The notes: generated by a model from the sequence alone, not told the origin. 63,803 bases of DNA, filler included, from Octopus bimaculoides (GCF_001194135.2; 5 parts of 5 records of this genome joined end to end with filler, not necessarily neighbours in it), one strand, 5' to 3'; shown: positions 10,175 through 22,365, counted from the whole stretch's first letter. Numbers and translations: made by a program.

Positions 10175-13072
10175 AAGAAGGCTAACCAATGTAGACTAAA
10201 TCAAGAGACGGATAAAGTCAATATTGGTCAATATTATACTGAGGCAAATTGAAGCAAAGAACATCACACAAAGAAGTAATCTTATCAAGGCAGCCAGTAG
10301 GATTGTGGCGGAAAGGATTGGATTAAGAACTACTGAGAATAGAACAGCGACGGATAGAAGAGGAAATAAACAACGGTTGTACAAAATGAAAAATTCTGAA
10401 GATATAAACTCCTTGAACAATGGAGAGTCAATACTTGTCAGGAAAAGAAATGGAGAACTTAAGGATGAATGGAAATTCGAAAAAGTTAGGTAGAAGTATG
10501 GTATAGATACAAAACACCTGAATGTTGTAATTGAAGAATTGAAGTAGCGTATACATGCAAACAAGCAAAGTTAACTTAGGTTTCAAAAACGGATTAAGCA
10601 TTACCAGCAAAACAAATTGTTTAGAACCGACCAAAAAACATTTTATCAAGAGATTAATCACAATAAAAAACGTGAAGGATTAGTCCCAGATGCTGATGAA
10701 AGTCAACATTTTCGGGGTAAGATATGGAGTAAGCAAGAACAACATAATAGTGCAGCTGAATGACTCTGCAGTCTGAAGCAAACAGCTTCTTATGCCCAGC
10801 AAGAGGCTATCCACATCACAGAAGACAGTATCAGAAATATGAGTAAAAAGATAAGCAATTGGAAAGCAGCAGGACCTGTTGGTGTAGAGAGATTTTGGAT
10901 AAAATGTTCAGTAGTTGACATAAAATAATCGCAGAACAATTTAATGCATTGATTAATGGAGAAAATTAAATCCCGGGCTGACTGACAAAAAGACGAACGG
11001 TGTTGTGCCTGAAGGATGCATCAATGGGAAATGTTGCTGACTATTACAGACGAGTTTCCTGCCTCCCGTTAACGCGGAAGTTACTGTCAGGAGGAATTGC
11101 AGAACTGTATAAAGTTTTTGATGAGAACGATATACTATCACTGGAACGAAAATGCTGTAGAAGGAGGTGCAGAGGTACAAAAGATCGACTGTTGATATGC
11201 AAGATTGTAAACGAAGGAGAACAAATCTGGGAATTGCCTGGATTGACTATCGCAAATGTTATATGATTCCATATTCGTGGATCATCGAGTGCTTATATTT
11301 GATTGGAATTGCAGGGAATGTATCGTGTTTCCTGAAGAGAAGTATGGTGGGATGGAAAACCGAACTGACATCTTGCGGAAAAAGCTTGGGTACTCTGGGT
11401 ATCAGAAAATGGATTTTCCAGGGTGACAGCATATCTCTGTTGCTCTGCACTTTCTGCATGATACCACTGATCTTGGTACTCAGGAAAATGAACTTGGGGT
11501 ACCAACTAAACGAAATAACCCAAACAATCAACCACCTCCTATTCATGGATGATTTGGAACTGTATGGCAAAGATGAGACACAAGTGAGTTCCTTGGTGAA
11601 CATGGTCCACTGTTTTAGTATTGGTATTAGAATGGAATTTGGATTCAACAAGTACAGAATAATCTACCTAAAAAGAGGCATAGTACAGTCCCTAGCAGGG
11701 ATACAATTACCGAACAGAGACTTGATTACGCAAATTGAAACGGAAGACTACAACTAACTTGGTGTACTAGAGTGCAACGAGATAATGGAAAATGAAATGA
11801 AATAGCAACTGAGGATGGAGCATTTCCAAAGAGTGAGGTTGGTGTTGCACTCAAAATTGACTGGATGGAATAAAATCGAAACAGTTAATACGTGGGTAAT
11901 AGCATCATTTTGGTATGGAACGAGAAATGTAAAATGGGAAAAGAGGAATGAAGAAAATGGATACCAAGACCAGAAAAATGTTGACTGAACCCGGAGCCTT
12001 CCACCCTAAGAGTGACACCGATAAGCTGTACTTGTTCAGAAGAAAGGGAGAGGTTTGATCAGCTGCCAGGATTGTATTGAAGCAGAATAAAACAGCTTAG
12101 GGTGGTATATTAAAAAATGTCGTGGAGCCACTGTTGAAACACATGAAGAAGGCTGGTGTCATTAAAACTGAAAATTGTGTAACTATAGAAAAATTTAAAC
12201 AAGAAATGAACAACAAAAAACAAAAATGCATGCGAGGACAGGAAAATGTACAGTATATTTGCAAGAGATGTGAACACCAAGGCAGAGACAGAGGGCTGGG
12301 GGCTATGGATGAGGAGGTATGACATGAAGATAGAGACATAAGCACTCATATGCGCAGCTGAGGAACAAGCACTAAGGATCAATTATATGAAGTGCAGAAT
12401 AGACAACACTACCGATAGCGACAATGCACAACGTGTGGTGAGAGGGCTGAAACAGTATGGCACATTGTTAGTGAACGCCCGAAATTGGCACAACGCAAAT
12501 AAACAAGACGCCATGACAATGTGGCAAGAATGATCCATTGGGAGCTCTATGGGCATCACGGCCTACAAAGAGCAAAGATATGGTATGAACACGCCTCGGA
12601 AGAAGTCACCGAAAATGAGAACTGCAAAATCTTGTGGGGTGTAATGATGCAGAGCGATTATCTGACCAGACATAGGAAATCGGACATTGTTGTGGTGAAT
12701 AAAAAAAGAAACCTATATGATTATCAATATATCATGCCCCTGTGACAACAGGATCGATGTGAAAGAAGAAAAATAAACAATTATGGCGATTTAAAGTGGG
12801 AAATACGTAGGTTGTCGTCAATGAAGAGTGTACGTGACACCAATAATGATTGGTGCACTTGGAAGTATCAGCACTCAACTATCAACATGTGTGAAAAGGA
12901 TCGGTGCAAGGGTGAAGGACGAACACCAACAAAAATCAGCATTGCTTGGAAATGCAAGAATCTTTCGCAGGGTTCTTGAAGCATCACCAGTAAACAAGTA
13001 TCACCATAGTCTACTGGCTGTGGACAGCTGACACTTTCCATCGTACCAAGCAAAATAATTTGTGAGTTTTCA
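10175..13072 (+). mobile_element. R4/Dong-clade RLE non-LTR retrotransposon, 5'-truncated and degenerate (RT + CCHC + restriction-like endonuclease)
   Basis: AWIDYRK, IFQGDSIS and INHLLFMDDL (RT); CTTCGERAETVWHIVSE (CCHC); RRHDNVARMIHW, RKSDIVVV and PIMIGALG (RLE). Flanked by (TAA)n on both sides. Confidence 0.92.
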
Positions 13073-13439
13073 GATAATACTACTACTACTAATAATAATA
13101 ATGTTATTAATAATAATAATAAAAAAAATAATAATAATAATAATAAGAATACACTACACTGAGAAAGAGAACAAAAGATAAGATACAGAAAAACCCTTAT
13201 CTGTGTATAGTCCCGTGTNNNNNNNNNNNNNNNNNNNNNNNNNNNNNNNNNNNNNNNNNNNNNNNNNNNNNNNNNNNNNNNNNNNNNNNNNNNNNNNNNN
13301 NNNNNNNNNNNNNNNNNNNNNNNNNNNNNNNNNNNNNNNNNNNNNNNNNNNNNNNNNNNNNNNNNNNNNNNNNNNNNNTGGTTTGTAAACATATATACAG
13401 TAACGTGCTTTATTATTATTGGATATATAACATCATGCA

Positions 13440-14029
13440 AACATGTAGCTTTTTGCGCACTTTGTTTGTAGAAAATAAAGAAATAACAGTAATAACGTCA
13501 GTGAAAAATAAACATTAAGTAAATTGCCTTTACGTATTTATCACTATCAGTTACAAAAGCAAAAACATTTATTCAAATCCTTCAAATTCAACATCACTTT
13601 CAACATCAAATAATTGTTTCATTTGTTCCTCCGTAAACATGTCAGCATCATTGTAGTGTAAATCTCCATCTTCGTCAGATTTATAGTCAACATCAGAAGA
13701 TTCACTTTCATTTATTTCATCTTTCCATACAACGTTATCCTTAGTACCATCCAGTGCAGACAATATACAACACTTTTATTTTAATAAACGTTGCTTACTG
13801 CAAGTTATGGATGATTCTTTCAAGACTTCATTGCTTTCAGGCCTAGCTTAAGGTATTTTCGCGTCCAGCATCACAAAATGCGTCTGAATAAACATTGCCG
13901 AACAGCAAATAGTGACTCGGACATTGCTTAGAAAATATTTTTCATTTTTAACCTCGTATATAGTACGCACTAGGGATTTTGACCTTTAAATTTTGGGGAA
14001 AAATGCGTATTATATTCGAGGATGTACGG
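13440..14029 (-). mobile_element. pogo/Tc2-like DNA transposon, internally deleted
   Basis: Acidic C-terminus KCCILSALDGTKDNVVW...EFEGFE* (13569-13780), joined to a terminus reading TA-CCGTACATCCTCGAATATAATACGC on the minus strand. Confidence 0.65.
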
Positions 14030-14514
14030 TATATAAAAAGACAAATTATGTATTTCTATTTTCACATTTCTTATTAGTATTTGTATTTTCATTATTTTAT
14101 TGTATCTATTACTTTTAAAAGCACGTTTTAAAACCATACGATATGTTTATATGTATATATGTATGCGTGTATGCGTGAAACATTGTATACATATGTATGT
14201 ATGTATATATGTGGGTATATTTATGCAATTCTAATTAAGTGTGCGTATACGGGTATGACCATGCACACATAGGAACGCTATTTCCAAGCATTTCTTTCTC
14301 TCTTCTTCTCCCCTCCCCACTACTTATTCTGATTCTTTTTGTTTTCTTTCCTTTTCTTCTTTCTATAACTAGCAACAACAAATTTCTGTGTATTAGATAA
14401 CATTAGCACATACGCACGGGGACGCATGGTGTATATGTAAGTGTGGAGATACCTATGTATATACTGATAAATATATTCATATTAATATTTTCCTTGTGGA
14501 CAATAAAGAAATAA

Positions 14515-14935
14515 GAATCATTAGCGGTGTTTCGTCTGCCAGTAAGTTCTGAGTTCAAATGCCGCCGGGGTCGACTTTGCCTGTCATCCTTTCGGTGTCG
14601 TTAAATTAAGTACCAGTTAAACACTGGGGTGGGGGTGGGGTGTTGATATCGACTAGTCCATTTCCCACAAATTTCAGACTGTGTCATTGTAGAAAGGATT
14701 ATTTTTATCACCGTTATTATGGCGAGCTGGCAGAAACGTTAGGAAACCGGGCGAAATGCTCTTTGGTATTTCGTCTGAGGCTGCGTTCTGAGTTCAAATT
14801 CTGCCGAGGTTGACTTTGCCTTTCATTCTTTCAGGGTTAATTAAATAAGTACCAGTGCAAATCTGGGGGCGATGTAATCGACTTAATCCCCTCCCCGTAG
14901 CTGCCCTTGTCGCAAAACTTTGGAATCATTATTTA
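14515..14935 (+). mobile_element. Two adjacent tRNA-derived SINEs (14515-14700 and 14719-14935)
   Basis: ggcgagctggcagaa head, B-box gagttcaaat, and body gactttgcctttcatcctttcgggg shared with other copies in the window. Confidence 0.85.
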
Positions 14936-15179
14936 TATCACTATTTCTTTAAAAAAGCTGTTAGCTGAAACGACTAATAAAATGAAGCCAAATTCAAATG
15001 TGTTATCTGTCAATATAATTTGTACAATATAGAATGGAAGAAGAATTAAGGTTATGTATATAACGTTAATTCTTGTCCCATTCTTAGTTACAACTGTCTG
15101 ACGAACGCGAACATAAAACTCTGAGTAGTAGTTGTTTGTGATGTTTCTGCAGCTTCAATAATCTTTTCTTTTCTACTCT

Positions 15180-15305
15180 AGGTACAATCCCCGAAATTTT
15201 GGGGGATTGACCAGTCGATTAGATCGATCCCAGTACGCAACTGGTACCTAATTTAACTCCCGCGTTAAATACCGCTAAGCGTGCTAACGCGTCTGCCAGC
15301 TCACC
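15180..15305 (-). mobile_element. Internally deleted SINE of the same family
   Basis: Reverse complement begins ggtgagctggcagacgcgttagcacg. Confidence 0.7.
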
Positions 15306-15309
15306 AACT

Positions 15310-15547
15310 TTTTGCCGCTTTAATAATAACGGAAGGGTCGGAGAATGGTGCGTTGGAGGAGCATGGTGGAGAAGTGGTAGGTGAGGGGAAACGGGAGACG
15401 GGTAACAGCAGGGCGGGTGCAGGAAGAAAGAGCAGAGGCATGGTCCATAGAACGTGCTCTGGTAAGGGCGGTTGGATAGTGGTAAGGCGATATCCGCGAA
15501 AGATGACCTGGCGAGCCATGAGTTGAGACTGAGTCTCAAACTCATGG
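15310..15547 (-). other. GC-rich segment, possibly the 3' end of a LINE ORF2, capped by a 32-bp hairpin
   Basis: Open frame MARQVIFRGYRLTTIQPPLPEHVLW..., GC content far above the flanks, and near-perfect inverted repeat at 15516-15547. Family not identified. Confidence 0.3.
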
Positions 15548-15742
15548 TTTTCACTGTAGAGCCTAACTATATTATATAATTTGCAAGAATGATCAGTTTG
15601 CGTTGAATTTAGGAACATGAAACAGCTGTTTCAATGATGTGGTGGTGTGAAAGAATGCTTTGATTTCAATATATGCAACTCATCAGTCGTTGTATTCAAT
15701 TAAAATTTGTCTTATTAAAAAACAGAGAATAACAAACAAAAT

Positions 15743-15779
15743 TTTATTTCATTCATGATATTCATTTATTAAATTTATT
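15743..15779 (-). terminator. Three AATAAA polyadenylation signals downstream of the galaxin-like exon
   Basis: tttatt on the plus strand at 15743-15748, 15765-15770 and 15774-15779, about 260-300 nt after the stop codon. Confidence 0.55.
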
Positions 15780-16041
15780 AAAGTACAATGATACTTTCAA
15801 AAGTTTATCTCTGATTAACGAAAGCAAGTAAACAGAAAATTTACACGAAACAAAGTAAATGTTTTACGACGTTTTATATAATACATCAAAAAGGGTTTAA
15901 AAGTCAACGTCGCCGGCATTATATACGGGACATTAGCAATAGTATCATTTATATTTTTAAAATTAATAATCTATATAATGAATTTTAATTATATATGTCA
16001 TTGAATCATTGAGGCAGGATCGAGCAAATTGTCACGTTACA

Positions 16042-16253
16042 TTATTGGATAGTTGGGCATAAAAAATAATGGATATGATACCAATGATAATAAGCGCAAC
16101 ATTGTCTATCCTGCGACTTGAAAGGGATTGTTCCACAACATGCATCATAAATTGAATTTGATTTTGAGAAGATTTGGTGCCCGCAACAAAATTGACTTTG
16201 TGGATTATAGAAACCAGCATAGGGACAGTACCATAGTATTTGAGACTGCACTG
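16042..16253 (-). CDS. Terminal exon of a small galaxin-like cysteine-rich secreted protein: (A)VQSQILWYCPYAGFYNPQSQFCCGHQIFSKSNSIYDACCGTIPFKSQDRQCCAYYHWYHIHYFLCPTIQ*
   Basis: Acceptor ttaattttctcattttacag| in phase 1. The C-x5-YNP-x2-Q-x-CC...ACCG-x2-PF-x5-QCC pattern is the di-cysteine repeat architecture of galaxins. 8 Cys, VQS resembles a signal-peptidase site, and poly(A) signals follow. Confidence 0.85.
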
Positions 16254-16550
16254 CTGTAAAATGAGAAAATTAATGTTATCAGTAAATCTTATAACACATG
16301 TGTTTGGAAAGTGGAAAACAAGAAAAAGTCGCTTGGTCAAATATCCACACATCACATCTGTATTAATTCGCAGATTTTAGAACAGAAAAAATAAAATTTG
16401 AAATCTAATTTCATATATTGTGAATATTCAAAGAAAGTAAAAGATTTTTCTTATGCACGTGGAATTTCGCTAACACGATTATGCCTGAAACTAACAACAC
16501 CACCGCCGGCGAAAGCAGCTCTACAATACCGCTAAGATAAGAAGACGCAA

Positions 16551-16782
16551 GTATGTATGTATGTATGCATGTATATATGTATGTATGCATGCATGTATGT
16601 ATGTATGCATGTATGTATGTATGTATGTATGTATGTATGTATGCATGCATGCATGCATGCATGTATGTATGTGTGTGTGTGAGTATGTATGCATGTATGC
16701 ATGCATGTATGTATGTGTGTGTGTGAGTATGTATGCATGTATGCATGTATGTATGTATGTATGTATGTATGTGTGTGTGTGC
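16551..16782. repeat. (ATGT)n/(ATGC)n degenerate tetranucleotide microsatellite
   Basis: Direct inspection. Confidence 0.95.
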
Positions 16783-16914
16783 ACACAAGCATATTCGGGC
16801 GAACTTAAAAGTTTGTATAATAGGAAAAAGAAAACAATCTCTGATCCTCAAATGAAAATAATTTAAAAACTGAAAAAAGCATCAAGTAGATTATGGGTAG
16901 GAGATAACAGCTGA

Positions 16915-17240
16915 CTAAATACAGCCGCCCTCAGCTTCAACTGCGGCCTCAAGAAGGTTCCGGAACCTGGGGCATGCGTTCGTCACTGTGTTCCTGGAAA
17001 TATCTTCATATACCTTGAACTTCGAGCTCTTTAATCTTGACCACCAGCAAGATCTTTGTGTTACAGGCAGAGAGTCTGGTGTCTATCTTAACTACGCCCC
17101 TCACATAATAGTTTATGGGATTATAATCTGTGGAAGTAGGAGGAAAGAATTAGGGGCTAGTGAAGTCATAGAAATATTCCAACAGCCACCTCTACTTCTT
17201 TCCGAAGGTATGACAAGGAATCGAATCTTGATGTCACACA
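16915..17240 (-). mobile_element. maT/DD37D-like Tc1-mariner transposase C-terminal relic
   Basis: Minus strand gives FFPPTSTDYNPINYYVRGVV..., a degenerate WPPNSPDxNPLDYYVW, and a C-terminal LEA.VEAEGG-like stretch. Same family as 63055-63400. Confidence 0.7.
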
Positions 17241-18032
17241 TATAACCTTTAAGCAGCAATCCTTTCCAGCAATGTTTTGACCACGGCCTTTAACAATTTT
17301 ATACAGCCATTTGAATAGAGACTAACGTGTTGGTAGAATTTGGGGGTGCGAAAACTGAGAACGTCTGTGGTATACCAACCCCCTAACCGCAGTTTCGTAG
17401 TCTCTGTTGCTGCTGCTCATGTTACGCCTTACAGCCTTTACAGTGTTGTCAGTGTAATGAGCAACATTCATGATGTTGGCCTTTTGATACCCGTTACGAA
17501 TCATTATGATATTGGTAAATCATTTCCAGCATTTTAGTCCTGCATGACAGGTAAAATTTTCTCATCTACAACTTTAATATTTATGCTCCTCAACGCCTTT
17601 GACTTTTCACCAATACACCAAGTAGTTCTTGAAAAATTAGACGTATGCAACCCATAAACCCTGCGCGCGCGCACACACACACATAAATATATAGAAACAT
17701 ATATTTCAGGTAACACATGTCAGGGGGTCATTGATAGTAAAGAGATGTTCACAAAATATTAATAGTAAGTGTTTCTATTTTACCTCTTGTTCCATTCTTC
17801 ATTGTTTTTTAAGTGACCCTTCACTTTTGACCATTGCAATTTGAAAGATTACTTGTTTATTTCCTCGTAGCTTACGAAATGCTTTATTCATTCACTTCTA
17901 AATATATATATATATATATNNNNNNNNNNNNNNNNNNNNNNNNNNNNNNNNNNNNNNNNNNNNNNNNNNNNNNNNNNNNNNNNNNNNNNNNNNNNNNNNN
18001 NNNNNNNNNNNNNNNNNNNATCTATCTATCTA

Positions 18033-18039
<7 letters not shown>

Positions 18040-18065
<26 letters not shown>

Positions 18066-21000
18066 GCGTGTGTATGTGTGTGTGTGATTCTTTAGCATAT
18101 TGGCATTTCTTCTTGCCCTTTATACTATAATTTCAAATCCTGAGCGTGATCAACATTACGTCTCATTCATTAGGTCTAAACAGGCCCTTCAATTTTCAGG
18201 CTGTTTGCCTAAGGTAGAAAGCATTATTAAGAGCGATATTAGGAAACCAAGGTGAGTGCATGTACACCAAATTGTATTTAAGCTATATTTGATGCGTGAA
18301 CAATCTGAATACGTATATATACTAAGCATCTGAGAGTAAGAGAATTCCGAATGTGAACACTTCTCCAGTTGGCTGGCAACACCTCAAATGTTTTAACAAA
18401 TAAACATGAAAGGACAATGAAAACGATTGAAGAGTGCAACTTTCATGTGTGACCATCCGTCAGTTTGTATTTTAAGTTTTTTTTTTTTATCTAAAGAAGG
18501 TTGCTAATGTAGAGGTATTAACTAGGTCCCGACAGTATGTAGAATATCAGTTCATCAGAAAGAAATTAATATACGACATTAAAGGGACAGTTTGCGGCAG
18601 TAGACAAACTAATATACTTTTATAATCGTAGCGCAGAAAGTAGTGCGCTTACTGATCTACCTTCAACTTAGATGAAGACAAACCTACCATTGATAACGCT
18701 TTAATACCACGATACCCAACTTACCTTTGTTTTATATAACTATAGTTATTTTATAAAATATTGTTGTGTTTTACAACTTGTGAGAATCTTTATACAAGCA
18801 ATCAAACAGTATGTAATCAATATAATTTGCGCACACCGACAGTTATCTGGAGCTGAGCAGAAATACATGAACCGAATACGATAGCATGCATATTCAAAGA
18901 TAAAAATGCTTTTGCAATAGTGATGAGAAACACCTAACAAAATAAACGTGGGCAACACTTTATCCTTAATCTACAGTATAAACATAGTGTGATATAATGA
19001 CAGCATATCCATCGTTCTCATGTGCTTTTCAAATTATGGAAATCCAGTGATTGAAACTGTCGTATACTAAGGACTAGATATTTCTGTCGTGTTCAAATTT
19101 TCGGGAAAGAGGCCGACTCCATCGTAAAGTTTGTCTCGGCATTTCTTTGGACGGGAAAGTCAAACAGTTTTCTGCTGTCTGGTGACTGAAAGGATTGGAG
19201 TCACCCTCTTCTTCTGCCAAACCCTCCTCATCTGAATTTTAATTCTTTCTGAAAAGGAAGGTAAGTGTCGAGAGTTGAGTACTGTTTATCTAAGCTGACA
19301 CTGTACGCTGAAACTTACGGAGAAAAGAGGAGAAAACTGCAAACAAGATATTGAATACCAGATAATGGTAGAACCATTGTTAGGACTTGGAAATTACGGA
19401 ATCCAGAAAAGCACTTTCTAATAATACAGACCAGAACTAGAGCTTCAATTACGCAGACGATCTCTGTCTTTGCACAGTTTGATACTGCAGCGTGAGTAGA
19501 GGAGGTACGAGCACTAGTATCAAAATTACTCACGCGCTATATGACAGCGATGTTCGTAGAAGCATTCAGCAACTCAATTAAAGTTAGTCGCATACAACAA
19601 GACATGATATTAAACTGTTTATCGTATCACAGCCCATAGCTATTACCAAGATTAAACATATATTGGTGAGATGAATGTTTTTCATCGATAATGGCATATT
19701 TAATTCTCATGGTACGGTGCACATAAAAATCATACTAGATGTTTTTGTCGGTGTGGGATTTAAATGGGATTTAAATATCAATAGGTAGAAAACTGTAGTT
19801 TTCTTTAGAGTCGCAACTCAATAAATCCAAGCAGCACAAACTCAGCCTATCGTCATCAAAGCTGGTAGAAGGAGACTATCGTAAATATTTTGGAAATACA
19901 ATCAGTAATGATCAGAGGCTGCAGCAGGAAATAGATTTCAGGGTGAACAAAACCATCTCAGCATTCGGAAGGGCGAGAGATAAAGTACCAAAGACGAGCC
20001 CATGTTGATTTAAAGGATGCACAAAATATATTGGCCAATAATTTAATGCTCTCTGTTGTACAGAAAGATGATTAACCAGAAAGCAAGTAAAGAGCTACAA
20101 CATGTACTTATAAAGAAATATCCGAGAGTGTGATATATCGATTAAGACTCATTAGGGAAGAGATATTGATACAGTGAAACAAACACTATCTTGGACATAT
20201 CAAAAAGAACCTGAGGAAACACCTCTCCTAAGGAAGGTAATTGCTAATGCTCCATTCACATCTTCCCCCATATACTAGATATCTGGTGAAACCCAAACAG
20301 AAACACAATTATATAGTTATAGATTATATAAGCTACCTAACTACCTAAACTGATACAGGAAGCTGAGCTCACGTCATAAACCATTGGGAGAAAGCCATCT
20401 CTTTTTTATACTCTGTCTCACCACTTTATATATGGATAATTACGTCATTATTAAACGTGACTCTGTCACTTATGTTATTATCTATTTCAGTTCTTTGTGT
20501 TGTTAGTGATTCCATTTAACAGATTTATATGATTGATAAATAACTAAATATTTTCCATTCGTCTGTATATCAAATAATGTATCGTTACCAAATTTTTGGA
20601 CTGAGTCATGATATAGTATTGAAAATTGAAACAGTTGTAATCTGTTCAAGCATATTTCAACTTCATTTGAAACTGTATCATAAAATCGGCCATTTCAAGG
20701 ACATCGTAAATACACAAGTATTAACAACAAGTAGTGTATTGTTCCAAACATATACTCCAGAAAAATATCTACAAAGTATTGTAAGCAACATGCTAAATTT
20801 AAATATCTCAATTATTCTGTTGCACTTCGTGGTTTTCGTGTACAATTGTTGAAGAGTAGTGCGGCTTGAAATTCTGGTTCTAAATTTCAAATCAGAATTC
20901 TGCATAGTCCTTCAACATATAATTAGAAACATAATTAACATACTTAACATATAATTAACATTTAATTAGCAATATAGTTAACCTGATTGTACTAAATTTC

Positions 21001-22361
21001 CATAATTAATTTAACAAAATAAATGAGGTGGGAGAGTATATGTTTCGTAGAGGAGAGTGTGACATGGGAACATGTAACATGATTTCGCTAGTAGATTTAG
21101 GACGTCTCTATAATCACCAAGAAACATAAACACTCTCTTGGCCTCATAACACATGATCCAAAGGAACAGCGATGAAGTGGTAGACGAGGAGTGAGAGCGG
21201 GCTGTATTAAGACTCATTTTACCTGCGTAAGATGAAAAATATGTAATGAAGGACTCAGCACATCAACTGTCAAGGGATCGAAACGACCATCTTATGATGT
21301 CCGGATTAACACACCAACCGCAATGCCATATCCCTACATGAGGTTTATGTAGATATGGAAATTATTACTTATAAAGCATATTTGCTTCTCTCTCATTCAG
21401 CACCTTTCGTTGTATATGTGCTTATAAGCCTTAGCTTATCATCTCAATTGTACTCACAAGTGATCAGTGTGCGTGTTGATAGGCACCTTGTGCTGTATTC
21501 CAATAGAAAACTATTCAGGTGAGGTGAAAAACAGAAAACGAATTGTAGAAGGGTGAGAGTATAAGAATCGTAGTAGCAGAGCCGAAGTTGGATTACAATA
21601 CATCGTGAGATGTGTCTGCTAGGCCACAATTCCTATAGATGGGTACTAAACATCTCAGTATAAGCTAGGTGTCTTTTGGTATTGTAATCTCAAATGCGAC
21701 TTCAATATTGTATGTGATTCACGAAATCTTTGAAGCTACATCGTATTATACGTTGATTTCTTCATCTTGTTGATGTTAGCCTGGTTGTTCTGATTTACTT
21801 TCATCGTTGCATGTGCGTGGATATCCGTCGTCATAAGAATATATAAAATACAGAAGGGATCAAAAAATGAAATGATAATGAGCTATGTCGTAGGTGGCTG
21901 GATTCGAGTAATAAAATGCTTATACAACGCTTTTGCTACGAGGGTATGCTGAAAAGCGCCTGGCTTTAAAGTGTATCGCGAAAGGCCTGGTTAGAACCTC
22001 AACATTACGGGTTCTTTTACAGGGCTTAGAAAACCTGAAGGACCGCTGCAACGAGTATGTGAATCTGAGAGCGGAATATGTTGAATAAAATAATAATTAA
22101 CTGATCTTCCTGTATTTTCTTTTACCGAAATCCGGGAAAGTTTCAGTATCCCCTCGTGTTCTCCTGGCCACCATAGAAGGTGCCAGTGACAAACATTGCA
22201 GCATGACTGACATTATTTTGACTGCAAGTTCTATATCGGAGTATCTTTCTCCTAAACAAAAATTGCTTTCTCCACGGCTTTGTCAAAGATAATAGTGGCC
22301 TCTTCTACCACAGGGGTGTATAACATTTAGATGTGACCCTGACAGATAGTACATTTCAGGT

Positions 22362-22365
<4 letters not shown>
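18040..22365 (+). repeat. Segmental duplication copy B, with ~240-bp (18480-18720) and ~1-kb (18815-19880) segments absent from copy A
   Basis: Collinear with 5240-8340. Homology ends at gaccctgacag..gtt (about 8340 and 22365). Confidence 0.95.
19380..20200 (+). mobile_element. Decayed RTE-clade LINE RT fragment
   Basis: TAMFVEAF...TKIKHILVR*MFFIDN (region of the FADD motif) and KYFGNTISNDQRLQQEIDFRVNKTISAFGR. Confidence 0.7.

Noticed and set aside
16032-16355. 107-aa ORF overlapping the galaxin-like exon in another frame
   Set aside because: It runs through the intron and acceptor with no motif. The overlapping Cys-patterned frame explains the lack of stops.
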